A stretch of DNA of 64,000 bases, from assembly GCF_006345805.1 (NCBI RefSeq), contig NC_043010.1, positions 12,772,001-12,836,000 of the forward strand. The letters run 5' to 3'. Positions within the stretch are counted from its first letter, which is position 1; each line of letters starts with the position of its first letter. Shown piece after piece: positions 13,076 to 26,761 of the stretch. The position numbers and the translations under genes are program-made. This stretch comes from Octopus sinensis (Eukaryota). The notes beneath the pieces are model-generated. The model made no database searches, was not told the DNA's origin, and saw only the letters and a program-made list of their open reading frames with translations.

Positions 13076-13814
13076 TATACGATGATAATGTGAAGGTTAA
13101 TTTTTTTTTCCTCTCGGAATATTTAGGGTATAGATAAGATGATATTGTTTTGTTGAAAATCTTTTTAAATTTTAAAATCATTATAATGGTGTCCCATTTC
13201 TAAATTATAGGGAGTTTATAAGCGTGGGTACAAGTAATTTACAATGTTTAATGCAATAATCCTTTAGGATCTAGATGTCTTTAGAAATATATTTCTGATT
13301 TTATCAGGCCTTGAAGTTTTTGAGTTAGGGGATTTCTCTATAGGTTTTTATGAGTGTCTGATGAAAGAAAGCAATCAAGAATGTGGTTTATATGGAAAAT
13401 AAGTTTCTTATGTTATGAGTTTTTGTCTTCTTTTGTCTAATTCTTTTTATTTTTTTTTTCTTGTTTTAAATTTTTTCTCTGTGTGACTGATTCCATAAAT
13501 TGTTTCAGATGCTGCATGCCAATGGAGTTTGGATAAGTTATTGTGACATGGGATCTTGTGTTGATAATGTGAAAGTCATCGGTGATGTGATGCTAATCAC
13601 TTTGTATAGAGTTTTACGGTTTGTTTTGTAGATAGCATTGTATGTAAAATATTTCCAATTTTTTTTTATATATTTTCCCTTGCTTATTCTATTTGTTATT
13701 TTTTTTTATCAAGCTTCTTGATGTGGACTTTTAGTTCTGTTGTGTGTTTGTGTTGTGGTGGCAGTGGTAAAAACATGTTCTGTTTCTATTCCATAATTCA
13801 AAGTTCTGCTTATA

Positions 13815-13845
<31 letters not shown>

Positions 13846-14376
13846 TTCTATGTTGCATTGTGGGATACAATTATAGTTTCAGTGTCAAACATTAAGTAAT
13901 CAAAAGGGAGTCACCAAATAAGAGTTTTCGTCGTAACTCCCTTCAGAAATGTTCTGCCAGCAAGTCGTACTAACACTATTTTCAGCTTCACTTCAAAGTT
14001 TACCCCCCCATATTATCCGCCCCGCCCCGCCCCGCCCCGCCCCGCCCCACCAATCTCACTATCAACAATCTCAGATTCCCAAACCTCCTTTGTTGTTATT
14101 TGGGTGATTTGAGATGATTTTTGAGAAATAATGGAAACATTTGATATAGACAGGAAATAACAACAACAACAACAACAACAACAACATGTTAAAAAAAAAA
14201 GTAAGCAAAACAACCAATCACAGACAGGATCCAGTATAATGTTGCTGAAAGTGTTTGGTTCCTCGAATCATCATCGTATGTATATATGTATATATATTCA
14301 GATGGCTAAACATATGCCGTAGACCGTTTTATCAAAATCAACCGGAACGAGCCAAGGCATGAAACACAGGAGAATT

Positions 14377-15375
14377 TCATCATCATCATCATCATCACCA
14401 CCACCACCACCACCACACCATCACCACCACAACCATCGTTATCATCATCATCCACCACCACCACCACCACCACCATCATCATCATCACCCTCACCCTCAC
14501 CACAACCACCACCACCACCATCACCACCATCACCACCACAACCATCGTTATCATCATCATCCACCACCACCACCACCACCATCATCATCATCACCCTCAC
14601 CCTCACCACAACCATCATCATCATCATCACCACCACCACCACCACCACCATCACCACCACACCCTCATCATCATCACCACCACCACCACCACCACCATCA
14701 CCACCATCACCACCACAACCATCGTTATCATCATCATCCACCACCACCACAACCACCACCATCATTACCAGCATCATCATCATCCATCACCACTACCACC
14801 ACCATCACTATCATCACCATCATCATCACCATTATCATCACCATCATCATCACCATTATCATCACCATCATCATCATCCATCACCACTACCACCACCATC
14901 ACTATCATCATCATCATCCACCACCACCACCACCACCACCACCATCATCATCATCACCCTCACCCTCACCACAACCATCATCATCCACCACCACCACAAC
15001 CACCTCCATGTTCATCATCATCACCATCACCACCACTACCATCATTACCACCACCATCATTATCAGTATCATCATCATCATCCATCACCACCACCATCAC
15101 CATCATCATCATCATCACCATCATCATCACCATTATCATCATCACCACCACCACCACCACCACCATCACCACCATCACCACCACAACCATCGTTATCATC
15201 ATCATCCACCACCACCACAACCACCACCATCATTACCAGCATCATCATCATCCATCACCACTACCACCACCATCACTATCATCACCATCATCATCACCAT
15301 TATCATCACCATCATCATCACCATTATCATCACCATCATCATCACCATTATCATCACCATCATCATCATCCATCA

Positions 15376-15408
<33 letters not shown>

Positions 15409-15560
15409 CCCTCACCCTCACCACAACCATCATCATCATCATCATCCACCACCACCACAACCACCTCCATGTTCATCATCATCACCATCACCACCACTAC
15501 CATCATTACCACCACCATCATTATCAGTATCATCATCATCATCATCACCACCACCAACAT
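14377..15560. repeat. (CAT/CAC)n compound trinucleotide array with a ~460-470 bp internal duplication
   Basis: Landmarks accatcgttatc (14721, 15189) and cacctccatgttc (15008, 15469) recur at ~465 bp spacing. Confidence 0.95.
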
Positions 15561-15827
15561 TTCCAACATTACCAATATTTTGCATGTTACAATGGCAAGT
15601 GACAAACATTGGCCCTGCTGTCAACCGACTTTACCAATCTTTGATTGGTGGCAACGACCAGACATAGGGATTTGTGTCACCATAGCAACGTTATTAATTC
15701 CTTTCCATTAACCTAAGGACTCGGTTAACATTGGATCTCCTGAAATTTTAAAACCATATTGTGAAATGATGTTGACCATAGATATTGGATAAAGTATGAG
15801 GGGGGGGGGGGAAACTTCATCATTTGC

Positions 15828-15831
15828 AACT

Positions 15832-15862
<31 letters not shown>

Positions 15863-16980
15863 CGATTATTAGATACATCATTGGCATTGTTAGTCTGCCT
15901 CCCTTGTCCATTCTGTCTACTCTGATATCACAATCAATGATATTCCACATAATCCTCTTCCCCCTCCTGCTCATCCTCATCCTCATCAGCATCATCACCG
16001 ACATCATTATCATTTTCGCCACTATCATCATCACCACTGCCTCCATCGCTGTCACCGTTATCAACTACTTCATCACTTTTGTCGTTGTTGTTGTCGTTGT
16101 TGTCGTCATCATCATCCTCATCATCATCGTCGTCATCATCATCCTCACCATCGTTGTCATCGTCGTCATAATCCTCTCAATCGCACCATCTATATCTTCA
16201 CCAGCATCATCATCATCATCATCATTACCAGCATCATCATCATCACCACTACTAACATCACCACCATCACCATCGTCACCTTCTACTTCATCACTCTTTC
16301 ATCATTACCATCATTGCAGATATTGCCACCATCAAAATTATTATCTTCACCAAAATTACCCACCTCCGACAACACAGTACAGTATAACTACTACCACCCC
16401 TACTACTACTACTACTATAACCACACCTCCTCCTACTATTACTACTACTACTACTAACTATTACTACCACCCTTCATCTTCCAGCCCCATCAAAAAACAC
16501 CATCACTTTCAACATTTCCCTTATCATTACCAACACCCAAAGTCACCATCATCATCATTATCATCGTCACCATCAACAACACCACCACCACTGCCACCAC
16601 CACTCCACCATCACCATCACCACCACCACCATCATCATCACCACCACCACCATCATCATCATCACAACCACCACTCCACCACCACCATCACCACCACCAC
16701 CATCACCACCACCACCACTGCCACCACCACCACCACCACCACCCCACCACAGCCACCACCATCACCACCACTGCCACCACCACCACTACCACCACTATCA
16801 TCACCACCACCACCACCACTATCATCATCACCACCACCACACCACCGCCACAACTACTATCATTATCATCAAGTTGCAGCTGTATGTTATTGTTTCTGAT
16901 GTTATTATATGATTATTGTTGTTGTTGTTGTTGTTGTTGTTGTTATTGTTATTGCTGTTGTTATTGTTGCTGTTGTTGTT
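15828..16980. repeat. Mixed (CAT)n, (CAC)n, (TAC)n and (GTT)n microsatellite block
   Basis: Seen directly. Confidence 0.9.
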
Positions 16981-17739
16981 GTTACAATTATATCAAACTA
17001 TTCCTATGTGCATGTACGTTTCGGAGCGGGAGCAGGTGTTGGGAAGAGGCGTTGGTTGTAGCTATGACTTTACCAGCCAAGCACTGCAATTCTGCAGTTC
17101 AGGCACTTATCTGATTATTATGCATTATCGTTGTTTTCTACATTGCATTTTTGCAACATTGCACTTATACAGTTATTTTGAATATTTTTTTTTTGGCGAA
17201 TTATTGCCTTTTGTACTGGAAAATGCAGATAACATCCCAAGTCAGCTGACCTCCCAACATATATCTGCCTTGAATTGCATGACAAAGAGTATGGTAAAGA
17301 GGGAGAGAGAGAGAGAGAGAGAGAGAGGGAGAAGCACAGAGAGAGAGAGAGAAACGCAAAGGGAGGGAAGGAGTAGGAATTAGTAGGGGATGGGGGAGAA
17401 GACTTGCAGAAGAAAACTAAGGGTCAGGCAGATACTGTCAGAATTTGAAATAGGGGAGGGGGGGGGGAAAGTAGATAGATTCAGATATTGAGCGTGGTAT
17501 ACATACATACATATATACATACATGCATAGATATATATATATATATATACATAAATGCATATATACATACACACACACACACACACAGATATATATGTGT
17601 ATATACAGATATACATACACATGTACACACATATATATATAGAGAGAGAGATACACACATATATGAGTGTATATATATATATATATACACACATACACAT
17701 ACAAACACATATGAACATATATGTCTATATCTATCTATT

Positions 17740-17780
<41 letters not shown>

Positions 17781-17871
17781 ATCTATCTATATATATGTGT
17801 GTATGTATATATATATGTATCATTGTATGTGTATGTGTGTATATGTATATATATGTATGTATGTGTGTATG

Positions 17872-17921
<50 letters not shown>

Positions 17922-18379
17922 AGGGGAGAGAGAGAGAGAGTCAGAAAAAGGGAGAGCTAAAGAGAGAGAAGGAGAGAAAGAGCCAATCAGACAAAGCATG
18001 AGTGAGAGATGAGAAAGTTGAAAAAGTAGGAAAGCAGAATAGAATGCTTTATGTATATATACATGTATATATGTGTATATGTGTATATGTGCATGTGTGC
18101 GCGTGCATGTGTGTGTATATGCATGCATGTGAGTGCATGTGTAGGCAGCAAGTGAGAGGAAATAGTCAGAAAGGCGGAGAAATGAGAAAAGTTAAAATGG
18201 AAAGAGGACAAACATAAAGGAATTAAAACAAAACAAAAAAAAAAGAAAACCTCTAAAATATCGGAATATCAGAATAAACAGTCTATCAGATTTTTTTTTC
18301 AAGAGAGAAACAAACGATCAAAGAATACAGAGTGATGAGGGCGCGTAATAAGAAAAAAGAATTGTACATGCAAACCCAC

Positions 18380-18386
18380 ACACTAC

Positions 18387-18437
<51 letters not shown>

Positions 18438-18472
18438 TATATACATATATAATATATATATATATATTATAC

Positions 18473-18510
<38 letters not shown>

Positions 18511-18618
18511 TATATAATATATAACATATATATATATAATATATATATATATACATATATATACATATATTACATATATATATATACATATATATATACA
18601 TAATATATATATATATAC

Positions 18619-18668
<50 letters not shown>

Positions 18669-18741
18669 ATACATATATATATATACATATATATATATAC
18701 ATATACATACATATATATATAATACATATATACATATACAT

Positions 18742-18772
<31 letters not shown>

Positions 18773-18792
18773 CATAAATACATATACATACA

Positions 18793-18828
<36 letters not shown>

Positions 18829-18845
18829 CATATATACATATATAT

Positions 18846-18898
<53 letters not shown>

Positions 18899-18900
18899 AA
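18380..18900. repeat. (AT)n/(ATAC)n microsatellite
   Basis: Seen directly. Confidence 0.95.
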
Positions 18901-19445
18901 CATATTAAATACATACACACACTCATATATGTATATATATATGAGTTTATAGATATGTATTTGAATATATATGCATGTATATAATATTATAGAAATATAC
19001 AAAAATAGGTAATATAAATTTTTATGTATAAACAGTTCAAATATTATTATAATATAAAATATATGAAAATAAGAATTATAGATGCCATGCTCTTTTATTC
19101 TGTTTTCCTTTTATTATTCAACTGGTTTGGATCATGTGACTATGGCCATGCTGGAGCACTGCCTTCAATGATTTCTTTCTTGTTTTTTGTTTTTTTTGTA
19201 GATTATATCAACCTCTCTTAGTACCATGGGGATGTGGTACTTATTTTATCACTGTCTATTTATGGATTCGCTATGTTAACTTTTGATGAAAAATCAACAC
19301 TTTCAAGTAACTTTTCACATTGGTATACACATAGCATACACACATTCACATGAATAGAGGCTTCACAAAGAATTGAACTTTGAAATATGCCTGCACAGGG
19401 AACTACTTAACAAGCTGACTATACCTGTACTTATATCATTATATA

Positions 19446-19482
<37 letters not shown>

Positions 19483-19620
19483 ATATATATGCATATATAT
19501 ATATATATATACATATATATACATACATATATATACATAATATATATACATATATATACATATATATACATATATATACATATATATACATACATATATA
19601 TACATATGTGTATATATATA

Positions 19621-20030
19621 TATAAAATAAACAGAATAAGATAAAAATCCAAAGTTGTGAAAGATTTCGGAACATTTATAAAAAGAAGGTCTTACAGCTG
19701 TTTCTGGGAAACTGTGCAAGAAAATGGTTAAGCAATAGTTATTCTAGAGAAGATAGAGAGTGAAGTGGAGGAATGAAAACAGACGTGAGATATAATGAAA
19801 CTTCAGATACAATATCCCTGCATATCTCATGTCTGTTTTCATTCCTCCACTTCACTCTCTATTTCATATCTTCTCTAGAATAACTATTGCTTAACCATTT
19901 TCTCACACCATCTCCGATGAAGGGATATATGAAATATCCCGGAAACAGCTGTCAGACCTTCTCTTCATAAATGTTCTGAAATCTTTCACAGCCTTGGATT
20001 TTTATCTCATTCTGTTAATTTTTTATATAT
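19621..20030. repeat. Long imperfect inverted repeat flanked by (TA)n, with an HHR-like motif in the right arm
   Basis: 19720-19792 pairs with 19822-19903; 19621-19710 pairs with ~19938-20030. Confidence 0.85.
19911..19956 (+). ncRNA. Minimal type I hammerhead ribozyme-like motif
   Basis: TCT-CCGATGA-A-GGGATAT(ATGAA)ATATCCC-G-GAAAC-AGCT-GTC-AGA: 7 bp stem II, palindromic AGCT loop III, GUC site; core has one substitution. Confidence 0.6.
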
Positions 20031-20173
20031 ATGCATGCTGATATATGACCTATACAGGACTCCTCGTTAGCATAATCACCGAACCTGGAACTTAACTATA
20101 GTCTGTCCATAGCACTTACTCAGAATTACCTGACACCTTTGGGTCTTCTTGATACCATTACCTCTCATAACCT

Positions 20174-20205
<32 letters not shown>

Positions 20206-20211
<6 letters not shown>

Positions 20212-20344
20212 TTTATAGAAGGAGCTTCTACAGGACTAGAACTGTTTCATTCAAAAGAAATCATCAGGAAGCTCAGTGCTTCCTGATGATTTCTTTTGAA
20301 TGAAACAGTTCTAGTCCTGTAGAAGCCCCTTCTATAAAATAAAT
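20206..20344. repeat. 67 bp-arm near-perfect hairpin (1 mismatch, 5 nt loop)
   Basis: 20206-20272 is the reverse complement of 20278-20344; starts immediately after (TA)n. Confidence 0.95.
20283..20316 (+). ncRNA. Hammerhead-core-like motif inside the hairpin
   Basis: CTGATGA-TTTC(TTTT)GAAT-GAAAC-AGTTCTA-GTC; intact core order, weak stem II, stem I unclear. Confidence 0.4.
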
Positions 20345-20412
20345 TAATTTACTCTGCTATGTATTGAGTAACTTATTTACTGTGGTTAACCCCGACTCAA
20401 CCCAGGACCTAC

Positions 20413-20443
<31 letters not shown>

Positions 20444-20454
20444 ATATATATTTA

Positions 20455-20680
20455 ATTACCCACAAGGGGCTAAACATAGAGGGGACAAACAAGGACAGAC
20501 ATAGGTATTTAGTCGATTACATCGACCGCAGTGCGTAACTGGTACTTAATTTATCGACCCCGAAAGGATGAAAGGCAAAGTCGACCTCGGCGGAATTTGA
20601 ACTCACAACGTAACGACAGACGAAATACGGCTAAGCATTTCGCTCGGCATGCTAACGTTTCTGCCAGCTCACCGCCTTCA
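20455..20680 (-). mobile_element. SINE family B (~210 bp, tRNA-like head, GTCGACTTTGCCTTTCATCCTTTCGGGGTCGATAAATTAAGTACC core)
   Basis: Reverse complement matches 31082-31288; B-box-like GAGTTCAAATTC. Confidence 0.85.
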
Positions 20681-21100
20681 TACATATATATATATATCAT
20701 CATCATCATTTGACATCCATTTTCCATCCTGGCATAGATTAGATAGTTTAACCACAACCAGTAAGACAGGAAACTGTTCTAGGTTCCAGTTTAATTTGGC
20801 ATGGTTTCGCACCCTCATCACTCTGTATTCTTTGACTACCCATCTTATAAAGATACACCAGACACATGCATCACAACCATATGTGAGCGACATGGTGATC
20901 TCATATCATGATAAACACCACATGACCTTGCATGTGGAGCCCAATTAGAATTTTCGTCAGGTCGAGTAACCCATCCCACTCAAATGGTCTCTGAATAAGG
21001 GTTGTTTAAGGATGTTAAACGAAACACTCATGTTTCCAAAGGTGAATTATTCAAACCCCAGTGTCAGCTATTCACTACCAGTGAACTAATGTAAAACCTT

Positions 21101-21325
21101 TTATTTTTCGAGCACCTTCCGGATTATTTGAGTGGTTCCAAGCAGTGCTGTTTTCTGCAAGTGCTCCACCCTTATTGCAGCCCCTATTTGTTCCATGTAC
21201 TTCTTGAGATTTTTGCTCACTGTTCCCAGGGCTCCGACAATTATTGGTACTACTGCTAACTTTTTCATCGATCACAATTGCTTAACTTCCCAAGCAAACC
21301 TGTCATATCTCTTGACTTTTCTTTC
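21101..21325 (-). pseudogene. C-terminal fragment of an RLE-type (R4/Dong-like) non-LTR retrotransposon
   Basis: Translation ERKVKRYDRFAWEVKQL*SMKKLAVVPIIVGALGTVSKNLKKYMEQIGAAIRVEHLQKTALLGTTQIIRKVLEK*; the VVP..GALG and LQK.ALLGT motifs match the restriction-like endonuclease C-terminus; one internal stop. Confidence 0.75.
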
Positions 21326-21394
21326 TATTATTATTATTATTGTTATTATTATTATTATTATTATATTATTATTATTATTATTATTATATTATTA

Positions 21395-21620
21395 AAAACA
21401 GCAAGCTGACAGAATTGCTAGCACACTGGACAAAATGCTTAGTGGTATTTTGCCTGTCAATACATTCTGAGTTCAAATTCCACCGAGTCGATTTTGTCTC
21501 TCATCCTTCCTGGGCTGATAAATCAAGTACCAGTGAAACACTAGGGACAATGTAATTGATTAGTCCCCCTTCCCCCAAATTTTAGGCCCTGTGCCTATAG
21601 TAGATTGGATTATTCTGATT
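21395..21620 (+). mobile_element. SINE family B, diverged
   Basis: gagttcaaattccaccgagtcga...aaatcaagtaccag; followed by (TAT)n. Confidence 0.7.
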
Positions 21621-21625
21621 CTGGC

Positions 21626-21663
<38 letters not shown>

Positions 21664-22037
21664 ATTATTATTATTAATTTTGCTGATTAACCTAAAGCAC
21701 CTGTCTGCCTGCCACCAATTGTTTTTGTGTTTTTTGTGCTATTGTTTCCTATGGCTGTTTTTATTATGATAGATTCTGGGAAAACTCCAACATCATTTTG
21801 GGTGGTGGTGGTCATTGTCGTCGTCGTTGTCATCATCATCATTGTGATAATGGTAATGATGCTGATGTCAGTGATCATAGTTAACAATGCTAATGATAGT
21901 TATGTTCTTCTCTGTTAAATATAATAACTGTACAGTACAGTTCAGTACAAACAAACTGACCATCACCAACAATAGTACAACAGACAACACTCAACAGCAA
22001 CAACAACAATGATGAGAAGAAGAAGAAGAAGAAGAAG

Positions 22038-22068
<31 letters not shown>

Positions 22069-22324
22069 GCAAAAAATCGTACTAACTGGAACGGCTCATG
22101 TACTGAGATGAGCACTATCGCTGTGAAAATAACATCCATCCATGAATTTATTTATTTATTAATTTTTAAATACATAATTTTATCTGTGAATTTGCGCGTG
22201 TAATCTGGGAATGCATGCAATGCCCTTCTCTGCCCTGGGTGTATGGAAAACACTTGGCAAGAAACGGAAGAAAATTTAAAGAAAGATGGAAAAAACATAA
22301 TAATAATAATAATAATAATAATCC

Positions 22325-22520
22325 TTTCTACGATAGGCACAAGGCCTGAAATTTTGGGGAAGGGCACCAGTTGATTAGATCAATCCCAGTACACAACTGG
22401 TATTTAATTTATCGACCCCAAGTTGATCTCGGCGGAATTTAAACTCAGAACATGGAGACAGATGAAATGCCATTAAGTATCTTGCCTGACGTGCTGACAA
22501 TTCTGCCAGCTCTCCGCCTT
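22325..22520 (-). mobile_element. SINE family B, diverged
   Basis: Reverse-strand match to the family B core; preceded by (AAT)n. Confidence 0.7.
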
Positions 22521-22653
22521 AATAATGTTAATAATAGTCATCAATCACCATCAATCTTATATCATCTCTGAAAGTCAAACCCTTTCAGCTAGTTTTCTTG
22601 ATGAACACAGACATACAAAATTTACCCTGCCTCTATTACCAACAATCAACAAC

Positions 22654-22827
22654 ATAGGCGCAGGAGTGGCTGTGTGGTAAGTAGCTTGCTAACCAGCCAC
22701 ATGGTTCCGGGTTCAGTCTCACTGCGTGGCATCTTGGGCAAGTGTCTTCTGCTATAGCCACAGGCCGACCAATGCCTTGTGAGTGGATTTGGTAGACGGA
22801 AACTGAAAGAAGCCTGTCGTATATATG

Positions 22828-22862
<35 letters not shown>

Positions 22863-23096
22863 TTGTGTGTCTGTGTTTGTCCCCCTTAGCATTGCTTGAC
22901 AACTGATGCTGGTGCGTTTACGTCCCCATCACTTAGCGGTTCGGCAAAAGAGACCGATAGAATAAGTACTGGGCTTACAAAGAATAAGTCCCGGGGTCGA
23001 TTTGCTCGACTAAAAGGCAGTGCTCCAGCATGGCCGCAGTCAAATGACTGAAACAAGTAAAAGAGTAAAGGAGTAAACGAGTAAAAGAAAAGAGTA
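22654..23096 (+). mobile_element. SINE family A, full length
   Basis: Head ataggcgcaggagtggctgtgtgg; tail aaaagagtaaaggagtaa. Confidence 0.9.
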
Positions 23097-24219
23097 TAGA
23101 TGTAGCATCATCACCATCATCCTCATCATCTTACTAACCTCCATCACTATTGTTTCCTCCTACTACCACTGTCACTGTTGCTGTTACCATCACCATCAGC
23201 ATCTAAATCTTTACCTTCCATAAAATTGCTAACATCATTAGCATCACCAACTACAAGATGCTTGCTAGACAACTTTTATCTTCCTATCTCTCACTCGCCT
23301 CTGTTTTTCTCTGCACAACTTTTTCCATCAAAGACTACTGAGTCCATAATTAGCACTGAGCTAATGAGATTACAGTTCTGTTTTCTGGAAATTTTACAAT
23401 GAAGACATCGCTAATGCTATCTTGCAAGTTCGTTATTAATAAGTAATTAAATAAGGAGGCTATCTCCGAACACTTTAGGTTGTTCAATAGTCGGACTTTG
23501 TGAAGGGAAAAACAGTATAGAGATAGCTTATCTACATTCTGATCAATCTAAGAAGATTCTTAATTGGAATCTAATTCCCCACCACCATCACCATCACACA
23601 CACACAAACACAACCACTCATGTGCAACTAAAAATTGCCCTTTGGCATTGGAATCACAGTAACCTCTGGAAGTAACCCCCCGACTAATAGGCTAGTCCTC
23701 ATGACAGTTGTCTAGTTCAGAACAGAACGACTGCTCTGCCTTTATCTTTAAACCTGTTATAAAACACAGATAGTTGAATAAGTATCCCTGGTGACATTCA
23801 TAGAGGAAGAATCTATTAAAAATCACCTGCATTAGCCTCTAACTACTTAAGTTTGCTTCATAATGTATGAAGTTTGTTGTGAAACTTTAATGACAAGACT
23901 GAATCATCTGATACCGTTCCTCTGTGCAAGCATCTATATTCTCCATCAAATAATTTATGTAAACAATTTTATAAATATCAACTATTTCTTTCAGGTTTCC
24001 TATCATAAATTTTATATAGGTTCTGTTTAATGTTTCCTTTCGCATACATGCGTGCATAGACGCACATAAAACTGCAGGAGACACTCTCATTCATAAGCAG
24101 GCAACAAAGTGTATGCATATCTTGTTACATCATACATACACATATATACACAACGTGAATGTACATATATTTGTATATGAATGCATATTTTACATAAAAA
24201 TGAATTCAATAAATGCATG

Positions 24220-24224
24220 CGCAC

Positions 24225-24265
<41 letters not shown>

Positions 24266-24450
24266 TATATACATATATATACATATATATATATATATAC
24301 ACATATATATATATATACATATATATATACATATACATATATATATACATATACATATACATATATATATACATATACATATATATATACATATACATAT
24401 ATATATACATATACATATATATATACATATACATATATATATACATATAC

Positions 24451-24520
<70 letters not shown>
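24220..24520. repeat. (AT)n/(ATAC)n microsatellite
   Basis: Seen directly. Confidence 0.95.
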
Positions 24521-24521
<1 letters not shown>

Positions 24522-24843
24522 TAGGTTTGCATGCATATCATTTATTTGTATATAAAGTGTATGTGTATATATTTGAGTGATTTTGCATAAATGTATTAAT
24601 AATAATGTATGACAGGCACATCAGCTTCTATAAGTATGCATATTTATATTTGATATTCACACCTTATTCATATTCATGTATAATCAATTCCACCCTCCAG
24701 CATGTATTTTATACACACACACACACACACACACATGCATACACTCACACACATATAGATATAGATATTTATATAATATATATATACATACAGATACATA
24801 CACCCATCCATATATATGTATATATACATACATATATATTATA

Positions 24844-24878
<35 letters not shown>

Positions 24879-25042
24879 GCCACAGCTCGTGAGCTGAAAC
24901 TAGTTCAGTTCAATTCAATTCATATATATATATAATATATATATACACACACACATATATACATATATATATATATACATATACATATGCATATACACAC
25001 ACATTTATAAGTACATACGCATACTTATACATACAGATATAT

Positions 25043-25086
<44 letters not shown>

Positions 25087-26013
25087 TCATATGATGCAAT
25101 ATATGTATGTATGTGAGTGGGTATATATATGTATATATATATATATGTGTATATATATATGTATGTATGTATATATATATGTATGTATGTATATATATAT
25201 ATAGAGAGAGAAAGAGCAAGAGATAGACAGATAAGGGAATAGGTATGTGTATATGTACATACAACAATGCACACACATGCACACACACACATGCACACAC
25301 ACACATGCACACTCATATGCACGCACGCACTTATAGCTATATACCTTAACCCCTCCTCTGCCTATTCTCATCTCAAGAACGATGAAATTACTACCCTGTT
25401 TTAATGTCCATGGAATAGATAGATGTAGACTCAGTTATCAAAATGCAAACGTTTTATCGAGTTTTACTTTCTCTGATGCCAGATGACACAAATATTATAT
25501 TGAATGTAAAAAAAAAAAAAGAAAACCCCCAAAAAACCCCCAAATCATAAAAATAAGTTAAAACATTATTTAAAAAACAGTCGATATTAGAATGACACTA
25601 CAATCAATAAATATTTTTTGGAAACTAGAAATCTTATTCTTTATACTTAATACAATTTTTTTAAAAATCTTTTATGTATTTATTTATATATTTGCTTTTG
25701 GAAATATTATTTTTTTTGTTATTGTTTTTTTCTTTGCTTTTAAAGCAATTAGAATCTACATTAAAACAAGTCATTCTTGTATTTATCGTTTGTATTTTTT
25801 TTTGTTTTTTTGATTTGTTATGTACTTTTATTTATTTTATTTTATTTTTATTTTTATTTTATTTTATTTTTATTAAGGTGTATTGGGATATGTTCCATTG
25901 TCAATGAAGATATCTGCAAGTAAAGGAAAGCTGAAAAATTTTAGTCAATCAAATTAATTTCGCAAGATTTCATTTCAATGAGTTTATGGCGAAAATAAAT
26001 CACAGAAGCAATC

Positions 26014-26054
<41 letters not shown>

Positions 26055-26259
26055 TATCATTATCATCGTTGTCACCATAACATCACCGCCATCATTATCA
26101 TCATCATCACTATCATTATCAACTCTGATGATTTTAGTGCAGTTATTTTTTTTATTGCCATCACCAAAACAACCGGCACCAGCATCATCACAACCTCTAC
26201 AAACATCACCATCATCAGTACACATCTATAACAGCATCAGTTGCAGTAATAATATCATC

Positions 26260-26389
26260 ATTGCCATTATTCTTCTTCTTATTATTATTATTATTATCAT
26301 TAATATTATTATTATTATTATTATTCTTATTATTATTATTATTCTTATTCTTATTATTATTATCATTATTATTCTTATTCTTATTATTA

Positions 26390-26426
<37 letters not shown>

Positions 26427-26443
26427 TCTTCTTCTTCTTCTTC

Positions 26444-26475
<32 letters not shown>

Positions 26476-26495
26476 GTTATTATTATTATTATTAC

Positions 26496-26528
<33 letters not shown>

Positions 26529-26530
26529 CA
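26260..26530. repeat. (TAT/TCT)n microsatellite
   Basis: Seen directly. Confidence 0.95.
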
Positions 26531-26761
26531 TCGTCATCGTCATCAAGATTATCATCGACCTAAATGCTTAATGTTCAAAATGCAACACTATGAGACAGGG
26601 AAAAGAGAACTAGCTTCCAGAAATATTTTATCTATGCCATCAGAAACAACAGCGCATCTTGACTAAACCAATAAAGGAACCTCTACACGGTCCCTGAAGT
26701 TATTAGAAATAGCAGCCAAATCTGTATCATATCATATTCTACCATTTTATGAATGTATAAA

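Noticed and set aside
13100-13620. Penelope GIY-YIG endonuclease remnant on the minus strand (IYGISHTEKKFKTR)
   Set aside because: Only one short motif resembles the consensus and the rest is too degraded to support by eye; it needs a profile search.
14359-16899. Long ORFs (450, 219 and 367 aa) rich in His/Pro/Ser/Thr, superficially extensin- or mucin-like
   Set aside because: They are translations of (CAT/CAC)n, which has no stop codon in any frame on that strand; there is no unique domain, signal peptide or splice support.
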